Shown: positions 1 through 10,608 of the stretch, piece by piece | Layout: every line of letters begins with the position of its first letter | How positions within the stretch are numbered: position 1 is the first letter of the stretch | Assembly: GCA_963808905.1 (NCBI GenBank) | Contig: CAWEHO010000003.1 | Span: 155,755-219,754, forward strand | Direction of reading: 5' to 3' | Length of the DNA stretch: 64,000 nt | DNA from: an uncultured Actinomycetota bacterium | Lineage (GTDB): Bacteria; Actinomycetota; Actinomycetes; Propionibacteriales; Propionibacteriaceae | Position numbers and translations under genes: made by a program | The notes under the pieces: model-generated | Seen by the model: only the letters and a program-made list of their open reading frames with translations | What the model was told of the DNA's origin: nothing | Database searches by the model: none

Positions 1-123
1 GTACGGGGTGGCCGCCCTCATCGTGGGAGTCGTGCTCGGATTGCGTTCGCGGCGCAATCCCGTAGAGGAAAGCCCGGCTCGCGTCGAAGCCGGGGATGCT
101 TGATCGATATCGGGGCGAAGGAT

Positions 124-768
124 TTACTTCTTGATCAGTTTGCCGGAGCCGCTGATCTGTTGTGTGACCTTCGGATCTCCGCTGTAGGTCAGCGTCCCGC
201 TGCCGCTGATCGTGACGTCCAACGTGTCGCTGACCAGCACACTTGCGTTTCCGCTGCCGGAGATGCGCGCCTTGACACTCTTGCTCGTCAATTGCTCGGC
301 CCGATATCCGCCGGAGCCTGAGATGTCAAGATCTTGGGCGCCGACGGTGCCGCTTGGGGTGATCGTTCCGGAGCCGCTGATCTTGGTGCTCAGCGAATTG
401 GTCGCAAGTTCGGACGCCCGAACACTCCCGGAGCCTGATACGGAGAGTCCGGTGAGATCCTTCACAGTCAGCGAGTAGGTGATCGGCTTGCTTGGGACGA
501 TTTCGGCATTGGGCTTGGTACCGAGCACGAGGGTGTCGCCCGAAACCTCACTGGTCAGCAACGGCAGCATGTTGTCCTCCGCCGAGATCGTAAGGGACTC
601 CGTCCCCGTTTTCTCGATCGTGAGTTCGCCCGTTCCGTTGAGCTCGACCTTGGTGAAGCCGGCAACTTGGCGTGTCTCGGTGGTGACCTGGCCGGAGCCT
701 TTGGTGATCGAGCACGCCGTCACCGACAGCAGGATGATCATCAAGGCAAGCGCAATACGCAATCGCAT
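124..768 (-). CDS. Lipoprotein with head GIN (DUF2807) domain
   Basis: ATG at 768 gives MRLRIALALMIILLSVTAC (lipoprotein signal, Cys after hydrophobic stretch). Repeated GSG/ISGSG beta-strand motifs (KGSGQVTTETR, LSVSGSGSV, LDISGSG) are typical of DUF2807. Confidence 0.85.
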   Translation of the reverse strand: MRLRIALALMIILLSVTACSITKGSGQVTTETRQVAGFTKVELNGTGELTIEKTGTESLTISAEDNMLPLLTSEVSGDTLVLGTKPNAEIVPSKPITYSLTVKDLTGLSVSGSGSVRASELATNSLSTKISGSGTITPSGTVGAQDLDISGSGGYRAEQLTSKSVKARISGSGNASVLVSDTLDVTISGSGTLTYSGDPKVTQQISGSGKLIKK

Positions 769-819
769 AGGGACGTAACCTCCCAACAAGGGAACAGGCT
801 CATAGAGATGAGGAGTTTG

Positions 820-1653
820 ATGAACCGAGCCATCGATACACACTATCTAGACGTCCTTGGGGCGAAAATCTATTACGAAGTGCGGGGGTCAGGTCCGTTG
901 CTCGCGCTCATTGCGGCACCGATGGGTAGCACTGGCTTTGTGGCACTTGCGGATCTGCTGGCCTCGCAGTACACCGTCGTGACCTATGACCCACGTGGAA
1001 GCGATCACAGCACCGTTACGGACAGGACTGAGATCACCCCGCCCGAGCTGCTGGCCGATGATGTCCATCGCGTGCTGAACAGCGTCTCTGACGAGCCGGC
1101 GGCGATCCTGGGCAGCAGCGGTGGCGCGATCACGGGCGTTGCCCTCGTCACCGCGCACCCCGAGCAGGTGAGCGTCCTCGTCGCGCACGAGCCTCCGTTA
1201 CTGACGTTGTTGAGCAACGCCGAGGAGGAGCTCGCTGTCGTTCAGGAGATCTATCAGACATATCTGCGGGCAGGCAGCGACTCCGCAATGCGCCGATTCC
1301 TGCTGTCCATTGGCGTACTCGGTGAAGAGGGCTCGCGACAGCTTGCCGCTAGCCCGGAACCCGAAGCGGTACCGGCGCCACCAGTTCCGCAGAGCGACAA
1401 TGACTTCTTCTATGCCAACCAGCTCCGTGCCACGACTGGCTATCGCCCTGATCTGCAGGCACTATCGGAAGCGTCAACCAGGATCGTCGTTGGTGTTGGC
1501 GCGGCGTCGGCCGGTCAGTTGGCGAATCGGGGCGGCCTGGCGCTCGCCGAACATCTCGGCCTACCGGCCACCGAGTTTCCGGGCGACCACGGCGGATTCG
1601 TTGGTGAGGCGCCGGCCTTTGCCGAGAGGCTTCGCGAGGTGCTAGCGCACTAG
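820..1653 (+). CDS. Alpha/beta fold hydrolase
   Basis: AGGAG RBS at 811-815 then ATG 820. Motifs YYEVRGSGP, YDPRG, GSSGG nucleophile elbow, HEPP, PGDHGGF. Confidence 0.9.
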   Translation: MNRAIDTHYLDVLGAKIYYEVRGSGPLLALIAAPMGSTGFVALADLLASQYTVVTYDPRGSDHSTVTDRTEITPPELLADDVHRVLNSVSDEPAAILGSSGGAITGVALVTAHPEQVSVLVAHEPPLLTLLSNAEEELAVVQEIYQTYLRAGSDSAMRRFLLSIGVLGEEGSRQLAASPEPEAVPAPPVPQSDNDFFYANQLRATTGYRPDLQALSEASTRIVVGVGAASAGQLANRGGLALAEHLGLPATEFPGDHGGFVGEAPAFAERLREVLAH

Positions 1654-2084
1654 CCCCACCAGTTCGAGGGCAGGTCGGCCACGCTGATGCGCCGGCCGGT
1701 CACGATCTCCGGCGTGATGCGGACGTACTGAGAACGATCGCCGGGTGCCCACGGGAGGAGTGGAGTCTGACGGAGATCATCGAGCTCCTGAGGATCCAGG
1801 ACCTCCTGGGCCCGACCAAAGACGACAACGCTCCAGCCGGTTCTCTCGCGTTCGTCAATTCCGTCAATCTCAAACGAAACCGTCGCTGACCGCAGTGCGC
1901 TGCCCAGCTTGCTGTCGGGGTCGGTTCGAAATACGACTGTATTGGCATGCATCAGGTAGTTCACCGGCATGATCATCGGCGCCCTGTCAGCCCTGTCCGT
2001 AAAAGCGACTCGGCCGAAATGACGCCCGTTGAGTAGCTCGAGACACACACTCTCTGCCATGTCTTCCATCAGGCTGTTCGCCAT
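1650..2084 (-). CDS. Pyridoxamine 5'-phosphate oxidase-like (FMN-binding split barrel) protein
   Basis: ECLELL...GRVAF, PVNY, VFRT, VSFEID, GWSVVVFGRA, YVRITP motifs. GGGAG RBS before ATG 2084. Confidence 0.9.
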   Translation of the reverse strand: MANSLMEDMAESVCLELLNGRHFGRVAFTDRADRAPMIMPVNYLMHANTVVFRTDPDSKLGSALRSATVSFEIDGIDERERTGWSVVVFGRAQEVLDPQELDDLRQTPLLPWAPGDRSQYVRITPEIVTGRRISVADLPSNWWG

Positions 2085-2300
2085 CGGCCCTCCCATTTCG
2101 CCCGTGAGTGATGATGCCGTACGTGGCGGTCCCAACTGGAACGCACGCGTCCCGAGCCGCCTCATACGTCTTGCCGACTGTGATGAGAACCGTATCGCCG
2201 TGCGTCCTCGCGAATGAATGTGGCGCCAAAGCGATGATCATCTGTTGCATGCGCCACAGTTGCTGGTGATCTGTGAATTCGGAGGGAGCACACTGAGTCC

Positions 2301-2957
2301 ATGGCGGACTGCTGCAGCCGGAGTGGCTACCAGACGGTGTTCAGCGACCGCTTCGCCCGGCGAGTCGCCCGCACATATCGCAAGCGAGGGCTCGACAGCA
2401 CGCAGCGCCGCCTCGTGTCCTTCCTGACCGACCGCGGGATCACAGATGCATCGGTACTGGAGATCGGCGGCGGGGTGGGTGAGATTCAGATTGAGCTGCT
2501 GTCTCGCGGTGCCCGCGAAGCAACGAATCTGGAGATCTCGCAGAACTATGAGGCGCAGGCGGCGGCGCTGCTCGAACGGTCTGGGATGGCCGATCGTGTG
2601 ACGCGACAGTTCGTGGATATTGCGACCTCGCCGGAGGCGGCCGAGCCGGCTGACGTGGTGGTCCTGCATCGAGTCGTGTGCTGCTATCCCGACTATGCGC
2701 GGCTGCTCACCGCGGCCGCCGGCCATGCGAAGCGGCTGCTGGTGTTCTCTCATCCACCCGAGAACGTGCTGAGCCGGATGATCATCGGCGGTGAGAATCT
2801 GCTGCGTCGATTGAGCCGCAATGACTTCCGCGCATTCGTACACCCGCCGAACGCGATGATCAGGGCGGCGCAGGCGGAGGGGATGTCGGTGACGTATCGG
2901 CATCGCGGTCTGTCGTGGAACATTGTGGGTTTCGAACGATTGGCTCCGGCGATCTAG
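2301..2957 (+). CDS. Class I SAM-dependent methyltransferase
   Basis: VLEIGGGVG SAM-binding motif and DVVVLHRVVCCYPD. Confidence 0.85.
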   Translation: MADCCSRSGYQTVFSDRFARRVARTYRKRGLDSTQRRLVSFLTDRGITDASVLEIGGGVGEIQIELLSRGAREATNLEISQNYEAQAAALLERSGMADRVTRQFVDIATSPEAAEPADVVVLHRVVCCYPDYARLLTAAAGHAKRLLVFSHPPENVLSRMIIGGENLLRRLSRNDFRAFVHPPNAMIRAAQAEGMSVTYRHRGLSWNIVGFERLAPAI

Positions 2958-3147
2958 AGCGTTCTCGCGTCGTATGAGTGATCATCAGCCTCCGCCAGCG
3001 GGCTGAACTGGATGCCGGCTAGTCGTCATCGAGTGCAGCGCTTCGGACGCTGACGGAATGTTCGATCGTGGAATACTCGACAGGACGCGTTACTGCTGAG
3101 AATGGCGTCCAGCTCGGATGTCGCGTCTCGAGGAGCCCAGGCGGCAA

Positions 3148-5529
3148 ATGGCGGAGTACGTCTGCGACAGATGCGGTGAAGTGAACCCAGTCGGCACCGT
3201 TTTTTGTGTCAACTGTCATGCGTTCCTTGCCTGGGATGAGGTCGAGCGTGACGAGCGGCTCGCGGGGGAAGCCGCGGCCGGCACGTCCGGCGACTCCGGG
3301 CCAAAATCTGAACAGAACGTTGAGACCCGGGTGATGCCGCGGATCAGGGTGCCGGCCACCCCGCCGGACAGCGACCCGGACAGCGACCCGGACAGCGACC
3401 CCGACAGCGACACAGCCGCGACATCGTCCGCGCGGCAGGGCGTTCCGACTGACAGCACCGAGGGTCTGTTCCGGATCACGGCCGAACAGCGCGCAGTGAC
3501 CTTGCCGCCAACCGGGGAGCCGGCGGTGCTGTCCCTGCGCGCCATGAACACCTCCGCAATTGTTGATGGCTACCTGGTGGAGGCTCCGGGCGCACCGGAA
3601 TGGCTGAGCGTGGATCCGAGTCAGGTCCGCCTCCTTCCGGGCAGTGAGGAGGCGTTGCCCGTCAGGATGCGAGTCTCTTCGGCTGCCCTGGTTCCGGCGC
3701 AGGAGCTCGAGATCACCTTGCGCATTCGATCGATGAGCCAGGCGCCGGCGCACGCAGACCTGCCCGTGCTGGTCACCGTGCCAGCGGTGGACGTACCTGT
3801 TCGCCTTGATCCCGAGCCAAGCCTGCTGCGAGTGCGCGATCGAGACACTGCCCAATGCACCGTGATCGTCGACAATTCGGGCAGCAACCGGCCGGTGCGG
3901 TTGCGGTTCTCGGGGTCGGATCCCGAATTGGCAGTGCGATTCGGTTTTGAGCCCGACCTGCTCGAGGTCGGACCTGGCGCATCCGGGTCATTGCTGGTCT
4001 CCGTTACGGCGGCCAGGCCTGAACCGGGACAGGAGATCTCGCGGCCGTTGACTCTAACGGCACACGAAGGCACCCGTCGGGTCGACACGGTGATCACGTT
4101 CCAGCAATCCACGAGTGTCCGGGTCGAGGACCCGATGGTCACGCTCGAGGTTGAGCCGAGTTTGGTCCGCGTCCGCGACAGGACTGTCGGCATGGCCCGA
4201 GTTGTCGTGGACAATCGCGAGGGCCGGGACCGGGCTCACGTCCAGCTCAGGGCCAGCGATCCGGAAGGGCTCGTCAGGGTGAGTTGGTCTTCAGCGGAGC
4301 TTCACGTGCCTCCCGGCGAAACCGCGCAAACCGATGTCCGGTTCGAAGCACCGTTACCAGATGCTGGCAGTGAGGTCAGCCGGACGCTGACAATCAGTGC
4401 AGTGGTAGGTCGTCGCACCGCAACCGCTACCGCGACATTTGTGCAGGCCAGGAGTGCTTCGCCGATGTCGACGCTGGCCCTGCGCGTCGAGCCGAGCATC
4501 GTACGCGTGCAGGATGCCGACGGCGCCACGCTCCAGATCATGATCGACAACCGCCGGGGGCACGACGGAGTGCGGATCTTCCTCGATGGCAGCGACCCCG
4601 AACGGGCCGTCCGGGCCACGTTCTCGCCGCAAGTGGTGGACCTAGGCCCGGGTCAGGTGCGAGCGGTATCCCTTCGGCTGGATTCCTGGCGTCCACCGCC
4701 GGGCCAGGAATGGACTCGTGAATTTACGATCACTGCTAGCGACGGATACACCTCAGTTGATGCGTCGGGATCCCTGGTCCAGACATCGTCCCGCGCAGCG
4801 ATCGAAGTGCTGGGCGTCCGGCTTGACCCGAGTGTGCTACGACTCTCCGGCCGACGCGGAGTGCTCAGGGCGACGATCGACAATCGCAACGGTGCTCAGC
4901 CCATTCGGGTCAGGATGCGCGGTAACGACCCAGAGAACATTGTGCGTTTCACGTTTGGACCGGGAGTGCTCGACATCCCGCCCGGGCAGGTAGCGAGCAC
5001 CACAGTGACGCTAGCTGCGTCGCGCGCGCCGGCTGGACAGCAGGTGACCCGCCCGTTTGTGATCTTGGCATCCGATGGCCAGTCGGAGGTTCAGGCCGAG
5101 GGCAGTCTCATCCAATCCTCGGCAGAGCGGCGTCCCCTGGCTCGGCTGCTGCTCACTGTGTTGGGCGGCCTGGCCATGATCATCGGGGTCTTCCTCCCTT
5201 GGCACGCAGCGACTGGCCAGCGCGGTGTGGACCTCAACCTAGACAGCCTCATGCAGGTGTTCAATTTCAGTCTTGACCTGGGCGGCTTCGGACAGTGGAT
5301 CTCGGTCGGGCTGGCGATCTTGGTTCTGGCAGCGCTGATGATCTTCGGGCTGACCGGACGCTCTGGCCGACTGAGCCGATTGTCTGCGCTGTTGGCCGCG
5401 TTGCTGGTCGTCGGCACATTCGTCACGTTTGCCGTTGCCGGTCGCGATATTGCCCCGGCATCGGGAGCGATCTTGGTCTTCGCCGGCTGCATCGCAGGTT
5501 ACATTGGCGGTCTGCTCGCACGACGCTGA
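3148..5529 (+). CDS. Zinc-ribbon / tandem Ig-like (COG1470-like) repeat membrane protein
   Basis: N-terminal CDRC-x10-CVNC, four ~112-aa repeats, C-terminal hydrophobic helices. The start could be 3118 or 3148. Confidence 0.7.
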   Translation: MAEYVCDRCGEVNPVGTVFCVNCHAFLAWDEVERDERLAGEAAAGTSGDSGPKSEQNVETRVMPRIRVPATPPDSDPDSDPDSDPDSDTAATSSARQGVPTDSTEGLFRITAEQRAVTLPPTGEPAVLSLRAMNTSAIVDGYLVEAPGAPEWLSVDPSQVRLLPGSEEALPVRMRVSSAALVPAQELEITLRIRSMSQAPAHADLPVLVTVPAVDVPVRLDPEPSLLRVRDRDTAQCTVIVDNSGSNRPVRLRFSGSDPELAVRFGFEPDLLEVGPGASGSLLVSVTAARPEPGQEISRPLTLTAHEGTRRVDTVITFQQSTSVRVEDPMVTLEVEPSLVRVRDRTVGMARVVVDNREGRDRAHVQLRASDPEGLVRVSWSSAELHVPPGETAQTDVRFEAPLPDAGSEVSRTLTISAVVGRRTATATATFVQARSASPMSTLALRVEPSIVRVQDADGATLQIMIDNRRGHDGVRIFLDGSDPERAVRATFSPQVVDLGPGQVRAVSLRLDSWRPPPGQEWTREFTITASDGYTSVDASGSLVQTSSRAAIEVLGVRLDPSVLRLSGRRGVLRATIDNRNGAQPIRVRMRGNDPENIVRFTFGPGVLDIPPGQVASTTVTLAASRAPAGQQVTRPFVILASDGQSEVQAEGSLIQSSAERRPLARLLLTVLGGLAMIIGVFLPWHAATGQRGVDLNLDSLMQVFNFSLDLGGFGQWISVGLAILVLAALMIFGLTGRSGRLSRLSALLAALLVVGTFVTFAVAGRDIAPASGAILVFAGCIAGYIGGLLARR
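3364..3411 (+). repeat. 12-bp tandem repeat (CCGGACAGCGAC x4) encoding (PDSD)4
   Basis: Read directly; three exact copies and one with one mismatch. Confidence 0.95.
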
Positions 5530-5707
5530 TCACTGCGAAATCGCGCGAGCAAATGCTGACAGATCGCCAGCTCTCTCGCTCACAATCGTGCGGTTTGCGA
5601 GCAGTTTCTCCGGTTGATCTTTGAGGGCCCGGGTATGCCAGGCACAGCCAGTTAGCAGCTTGCTGGTACGCCGTGTGCTGCCAGCTCCTGAAGGAATGGA
5701 GGAGTCG

Positions 5708-5920
5708 ATGAGCGAGTCAACGTTTGGTGGCGATACCGGGATCGAGGAAGAAGAAGAAACCTCGGCCAGCGCCGATGCCCGAGCTGGCTTCGATTCCGAC
5801 TCAGACGGGAACCAGCCGCCCGAACGCGTTGTCGAGGAGACCACCGAAGATGATGTGGATTCGCACGCCGCCGACGTTGCCGCCGGCTACGACGACAAAG
5901 ACGTAGAGGACGTCACCTGA
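5708..5920 (+). CDS. Small highly acidic hypothetical protein (70 aa)
   Basis: GGAGG RBS before ATG 5708; Asp/Glu-rich MSESTFGGDTGIEEEEETS... Confidence 0.55.
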   Translation: MSESTFGGDTGIEEEEETSASADARAGFDSDSDGNQPPERVVEETTEDDVDSHAADVAAGYDDKDVEDVT

Positions 5921-5986
5921 GTCCTACTCGGCTGCCCCTCTGGACTCTTTGTTTGTGACGTGAAACGTCGCTGGCGCGGCGATGGA

Positions 5987-6065
5987 TATCAGAAGTACCT
6001 TCTTGGCAGGCACTCGGAGGCGGTAGGACTTGACCTCGGTGCAGGGCTCGACAGCCGGGCCATGC
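5987..6065 (+). pseudogene. Possible remnant of an LCM-type SAM-dependent methyltransferase
   Basis: QKYLLGRHSEAVGLDLGAGLDSRAM resembles the F(L)xxHPxAVVLxLGxGLDTR motif; no full-length ORF. Confidence 0.4.
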
Positions 6066-6223
6066 CGAAAGGGCGCGGTCGTCCTGCACTTCCGTTTCGA
6101 GTGAACATCGACGGCCAATCCACGGTCACCCCTCAAGGGTGATGATTGCTCCGGCCGCTTGCGGGATGGTGCCATCGTGACTCGCTCACTCGGGGTTGGT
6201 GCCATTCATTTGTAGGAGAGATC

Positions 6224-8965
6224 ATGACGACGACCGCGCCATCCCGGAACACCACGGCTGAGCACGCTCGGCTCGGTCAGGCCGCCGGACGGTTGGAGGA
6301 CAGCCTCTCCGATGCGAACCCGTGGTACGAATGGGGCCCTTATCTGTCCGAGCGCGCTTGGGGCACCGTACGCGAGGACTACAGCGACAACGGTGATGCA
6401 TGGAGTTTCTTTCCACATGATCATGCGCGATCGCGTGCCTATCGGTGGAACGAAGACGGCATGGCCGGCCTGTCGGATATCCACCACGAGTTATGTCTGG
6501 CCCTGGCGTTGTGGAACGGTGTCGATCCGATCTTGAAGGAGCGAATGTTCGGTCTCACTGGGCCGCAAGGAAACCATGGTGAGGATGTCAAGGAGTACTG
6601 GTGGTATCTCGACGGGTTGCCAAGCCATGCTTGGCTGCGCTGGCGTTATCACTATCCGCAGGAGTCTTTTCCCTATCAGTGGCTGATCGACGAGAACGGC
6701 CGGCGTTCTCGCGACGAGCCCGAGTTCGAGTTGATGGACACCGGTGTCTTTGATCATGGACGGTACTGGGCCGTCGACGTCGCTTACGCCAAGGCGTCAC
6801 CAAGCGAGATACTAGCCAAGATCACGATCAAGAATCATGCCTCCGAAGAGGCGACCCTCTCGGTGCTGCCCACCTTGTGGTTCCGCAACACCTGGCGGTT
6901 CAGCGGCAGCGAACCTCCGAGCTTGTCGCTGCAAGGCGACGCCATCGTCGTTGATCATCCAACGCTCTCCGGGTATCGGCTGGAGGCCGCACCATCCTCG
7001 CACGGCAGCCATCCGCAGGCATTGTTCTGTGACAACGAAACCAATAACCCCAGGCTGTTCGATGCTGCGGCTATCAGCGACTATCCAAAGGATGGAATCA
7101 ACGACCACGTGATCACTGGCGCGAACACGGTGAACCCGGACCAATCTGGCACCAAGGCTTCGTGGTGGTACCAGATCAGCGTTCCTGCCGGAGGCGTTGC
7201 GGAGGTACGTCTCAGGCTTTACCGGCCTGATCAGAACGTGACCCCGACATCCGGCACCTGGTCTGGCCACTATTTCGAGGAGATCATCGCCAGCCGTGAG
7301 CGGGAAGCCGATGAGTTCTACGCCGCATTGGCACCCGATGACATCGGCGAAGAGAAGATGCGCGTGCTGCGTCAGTCATGTGCCGGTCTGATCTGGAGCA
7401 AGCAGATATACCCGTACCGGGTGGCCCGCTGGCTGGACGGCGATCCCGGCCAACCAGCACCGCCGCCAGGGCACCGAACCGGCCGTAATTCCGGTTGGCG
7501 GCATCTTGACTCCTTCGATGTTCTGGCTATGCCGGATCCTTGGGAGTATCCGTGGTTTGCCGCATGGGATCTCGCATTTCACACGATTCCCTGGGCTCAC
7601 CTCGATCCGGCGTTCGCGAAATATCAGTTGCTCGTGCTATTGCGGGAATGGTTCCAGCATCCGAATGGAGCGCTTCCGGCGTACGAATGGAATTTCGACG
7701 ACGTCAATCCTCCGGTCCACGCCCTAGCCGCGCTCCGGGTGTTCGTCATTGACGGTGCGACCGATCTCGACTTTCTCGAGCGCGTCTTCCAGAAGCTTCT
7801 ACTCAACTTCACCTGGTGGCTCAACCGTGAGGATCCCGAGGGCAACAACATCTTCGGTGGCGGCTTCCTCGGGCTCGACAACATCAGTCCCATCGATCGT
7901 TCCCACCTGCCTCCCGGCGTCAAGCTCGACCAGGCCGACGGAACCGCATGGATGGCCTACTACTCAGGCGCAATGCTCGCCCTGGCTGTACTCCTTGCCG
8001 AGCGCGACAGCGTCTATGAGGACATGGTTGTGAAGTTCCTCGAGCAGCTGGTCCTCGTCATGGATGCGCTTGAGGACTCGGGTTGCTATGACCCTGACGA
8101 CGGATTCTTCTATGACCTGCTCACCGATGCCTTCGGGAACAGGGAGCCGATCAAGGTGCAGACACTCGTGGGGGTGATTCCCGCCCTGCCCGCAATGACG
8201 CTGCCAGCTCGAAACGCCGATCGAATCCAACGCTTGCAGAAGCGGTTTGCCCGCAGGATGGAAGCGCAGAATCGGCAGATTTTGGATTGGCGCATCCGCG
8301 GCACCGGGGATGGTCGCCGAGGCCTGGTGTCTATCGTGCCACCGGATCAACTGGCACGGATCTTTGCGACTTTGTTCGACGAGAGCGCATTCTTGTCTCC
8401 GCATGGGTTGCGCGCTATATCAAAACGTCACTCCACGCCTTATCAGGTCCCCGGTATGCCCGGTGCGACGATCGAATATGAGCCCGCCGAATCTCACACG
8501 GCAATGTATGGTGGCAACTCCAACTGGCGTGGACCGGTATGGTTCCCGATCAATTACCTGGTCATTCGCTCACTGCTGCAGTACGACCAGTTCTTTGGGC
8601 CTGAATTCACGATCGAATATCCGACCGGATCAGGACAGAAGTTAGCTTTGCGTGACGTTGCCGACGATCTCGCCGACCGGCTGATCAGCATTTGGCTTCC
8701 GGACCCGGACGGCCGCCGGCCCGTCTATGGAGGCGTCGAACTTCTGCAGACTGACCCCGCCTGGAAGGACAACCTGTTTTTCAATGAGTACTTTCACGGG
8801 GACAACGGAGCCGGACTTGGGGCCACGCATCAGACCGGCTGGACCGCCCTGGTCGCAGACCTGTTACTCGATCCACCTGGCCGGACGCATCGGTTGATCT
8901 TCTACGACGACGACGACCGTGCGGCGCCAGACGTGACGCCGCTCGCCGCAGGCCCGGCCGGTTAG
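6224..8965 (+). CDS. MGH1-like (GH63-related) glucosidase
   Basis: AGGAG RBS, ATG 6224. [76 protein letters not shown] motifs. Confidence 0.92.
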   Translation: MTTTAPSRNTTAEHARLGQAAGRLEDSLSDANPWYEWGPYLSERAWGTVREDYSDNGDAWSFFPHDHARSRAYRWNEDGMAGLSDIHHELCLALALWNGVDPILKERMFGLTGPQGNHGEDVKEYWWYLDGLPSHAWLRWRYHYPQESFPYQWLIDENGRRSRDEPEFELMDTGVFDHGRYWAVDVAYAKASPSEILAKITIKNHASEEATLSVLPTLWFRNTWRFSGSEPPSLSLQGDAIVVDHPTLSGYRLEAAPSSHGSHPQALFCDNETNNPRLFDAAAISDYPKDGINDHVITGANTVNPDQSGTKASWWYQISVPAGGVAEVRLRLYRPDQNVTPTSGTWSGHYFEEIIASREREADEFYAALAPDDIGEEKMRVLRQSCAGLIWSKQIYPYRVARWLDGDPGQPAPPPGHRTGRNSGWRHLDSFDVLAMPDPWEYPWFAAWDLAFHTIPWAHLDPAFAKYQLLVLLREWFQHPNGALPAYEWNFDDVNPPVHALAALRVFVIDGATDLDFLERVFQKLLLNFTWWLNREDPEGNNIFGGGFLGLDNISPIDRSHLPPGVKLDQADGTAWMAYYSGAMLALAVLLAERDSVYEDMVVKFLEQLVLVMDALEDSGCYDPDDGFFYDLLTDAFGNREPIKVQTLVGVIPALPAMTLPARNADRIQRLQKRFARRMEAQNRQILDWRIRGTGDGRRGLVSIVPPDQLARIFATLFDESAFLSPHGLRAISKRHSTPYQVPGMPGATIEYEPAESHTAMYGGNSNWRGPVWFPINYLVIRSLLQYDQFFGPEFTIEYPTGSGQKLALRDVADDLADRLISIWLPDPDGRRPVYGGVELLQTDPAWKDNLFFNEYFHGDNGAGLGATHQTGWTALVADLLLDPPGRTHRLIFYDDDDRAAPDVTPLAAGPAG

Positions 8966-8988
8966 TACCACGAACCAGGAGCGGCGCC

Positions 8989-10488
8989 ATGCCATCGGCG
9001 TTGAACAAGATCACTCAACCATTTCTCTACGAGATCAACACCTGGCCCTGGCTTGCGGCAATCAGCCACGACGAAGGACGAGCAATCGATCTTGGATCGG
9101 TCCCCGATCGTTACTGGGATGAAATAGCCGATCTTGGTTTCGATGGCGTTTGGCTGATGGGCGTCTGGCAGCGTAGTCCAGCTGGTATCGCGATCGCGTT
9201 GTCGAATGAGGGCCTGCGCGCCAGCTTCGGAGCCGCACTACCCGATTGGCAAGTTGACGATGTCGTCGGGTCGCCCTACTGCGTACGAGGTTACGTAGTC
9301 GACGATCATTTCGGCGGACGCACCGGCCTGGCTAGCGCGCGCGAAGCTTTGGCGGCACGAGGCCTCGGGCTCATCTTGGATTTCGTACCCAATCACGTAG
9401 CGCCTGACCATCAATGGACGACAACCAGTCCGGAACTGTTCGTGCCGGGCGCTACCCCAGATCTGGAGAGGGACCCGGCGTCGTTTGTCGAGATTGCCGG
9501 GCGAGTCCTTGCCAACGGCCGCGATCCGTACTTTCCGGCCTGGCCCGATGTCGTTCAGCTCAACGCGTTTGATCCAGCCCTGCGCGCCGCCGTGATCGAG
9601 ACGCTGAACGACATCGCCGACCAATGCGACGGCGTTCGTTGCGACATGGCCATGCTGGTCATGAATGACGTCTTCGCACGGACCTGGGGTGATCGGGTCG
9701 GACCAACCCCGAGCACCGACTATTGGCCAACTGTGATCCCCGCGGTTCGCGATACCCACCCCGGATTCGTGTTCCTGGCCGAGGCGTACTGGGACATGGA
9801 GTGGGCATTGCAGCAACAGGGATTCAACTACTGCTACGACAAGCGGCTCTACGACCGCATCGTGCAAGGACCTGCCGAGCAGGTACGCCTGCACCTGATG
9901 GCCGACGACGAATACCAGCACCGCCTTGTGCGGTTCATCGAGAACCACGACGAACCGCGGGCCGCGGCGACATTTGGTTCCACCAGATCGCAGGTCGCTG
10001 CCGTCACAGCGCTCACTCAGACCGGCGCGAGGCTGGTCCACAACGGCCAACTCGAGGGAGCGACGGTACATCTGCCGGTATTCCTCGGCCGATACCCCGC
10101 GGAGCCGACTGACGCCGCACTTCTCGCGTTCTATCGCTCACTCCTGCCGGCACTGGCTGACCGAACATTTCGCAGCGGCCGCTGGCGCCTGTGCGATCGG
10201 CTCGGATGGCCGGGCGATGATCGATACCAAAACCTTCTTGCCTGGTCCTGGGAGGGCGACACACGTTGGCTGATCGTGGTGAATCTCAGCGGTGCTACTG
10301 CGGCAGGCCTGGTGCGAACGCCCTGGGCCGATCTGCGGGGACGCCCATGGCAGCTTGCGGACCCGACGCAGAACCTCGTATTCGTGCGCTCCGGAGACGA
10401 TCTTGTCGATGGGCTGTTTGTTGAGCTTGATGCGTGGCGGTGGCAGATGTTCCGCATCGACCCGACTTCGAACGTCCCACCCACGTGA
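8989..10488 (+). CDS. GH13 alpha-amylase family glycosyl hydrolase
   Basis: LDFVPNH, DGVRCDMA (nucleophile), FLAEAY (acid/base), FIENHD motifs. Confidence 0.92.
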   Translation: MPSALNKITQPFLYEINTWPWLAAISHDEGRAIDLGSVPDRYWDEIADLGFDGVWLMGVWQRSPAGIAIALSNEGLRASFGAALPDWQVDDVVGSPYCVRGYVVDDHFGGRTGLASAREALAARGLGLILDFVPNHVAPDHQWTTTSPELFVPGATPDLERDPASFVEIAGRVLANGRDPYFPAWPDVVQLNAFDPALRAAVIETLNDIADQCDGVRCDMAMLVMNDVFARTWGDRVGPTPSTDYWPTVIPAVRDTHPGFVFLAEAYWDMEWALQQQGFNYCYDKRLYDRIVQGPAEQVRLHLMADDEYQHRLVRFIENHDEPRAAATFGSTRSQVAAVTALTQTGARLVHNGQLEGATVHLPVFLGRYPAEPTDAALLAFYRSLLPALADRTFRSGRWRLCDRLGWPGDDRYQNLLAWSWEGDTRWLIVVNLSGATAAGLVRTPWADLRGRPWQLADPTQNLVFVRSGDDLVDGLFVELDAWRWQMFRIDPTSNVPPT

Positions 10489-10608
10489 GGCTCAGCGGCA
10501 GCGATTCAGCAAGCGCTTACTGTTGGTGATCACAACCGCTATCCAGCGCCGCGAGCTGTAGCCCGACGCGGCCTATGGCGATAGAGGTAGCCGAGTTACA
10601 GATGTAAC

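Noticed and set aside
2085-2300. DosR-like box upstream of the first FMN-barrel gene
   Set aside because: Only GTCCC half-sites, with no matching GGGNC half at the right spacing.
3019-3855. 278-aa minus-strand ORF
   Set aside because: Antisense to the zinc-ribbon repeat gene; its AVRV repeats simply mirror the PDSD repeat.
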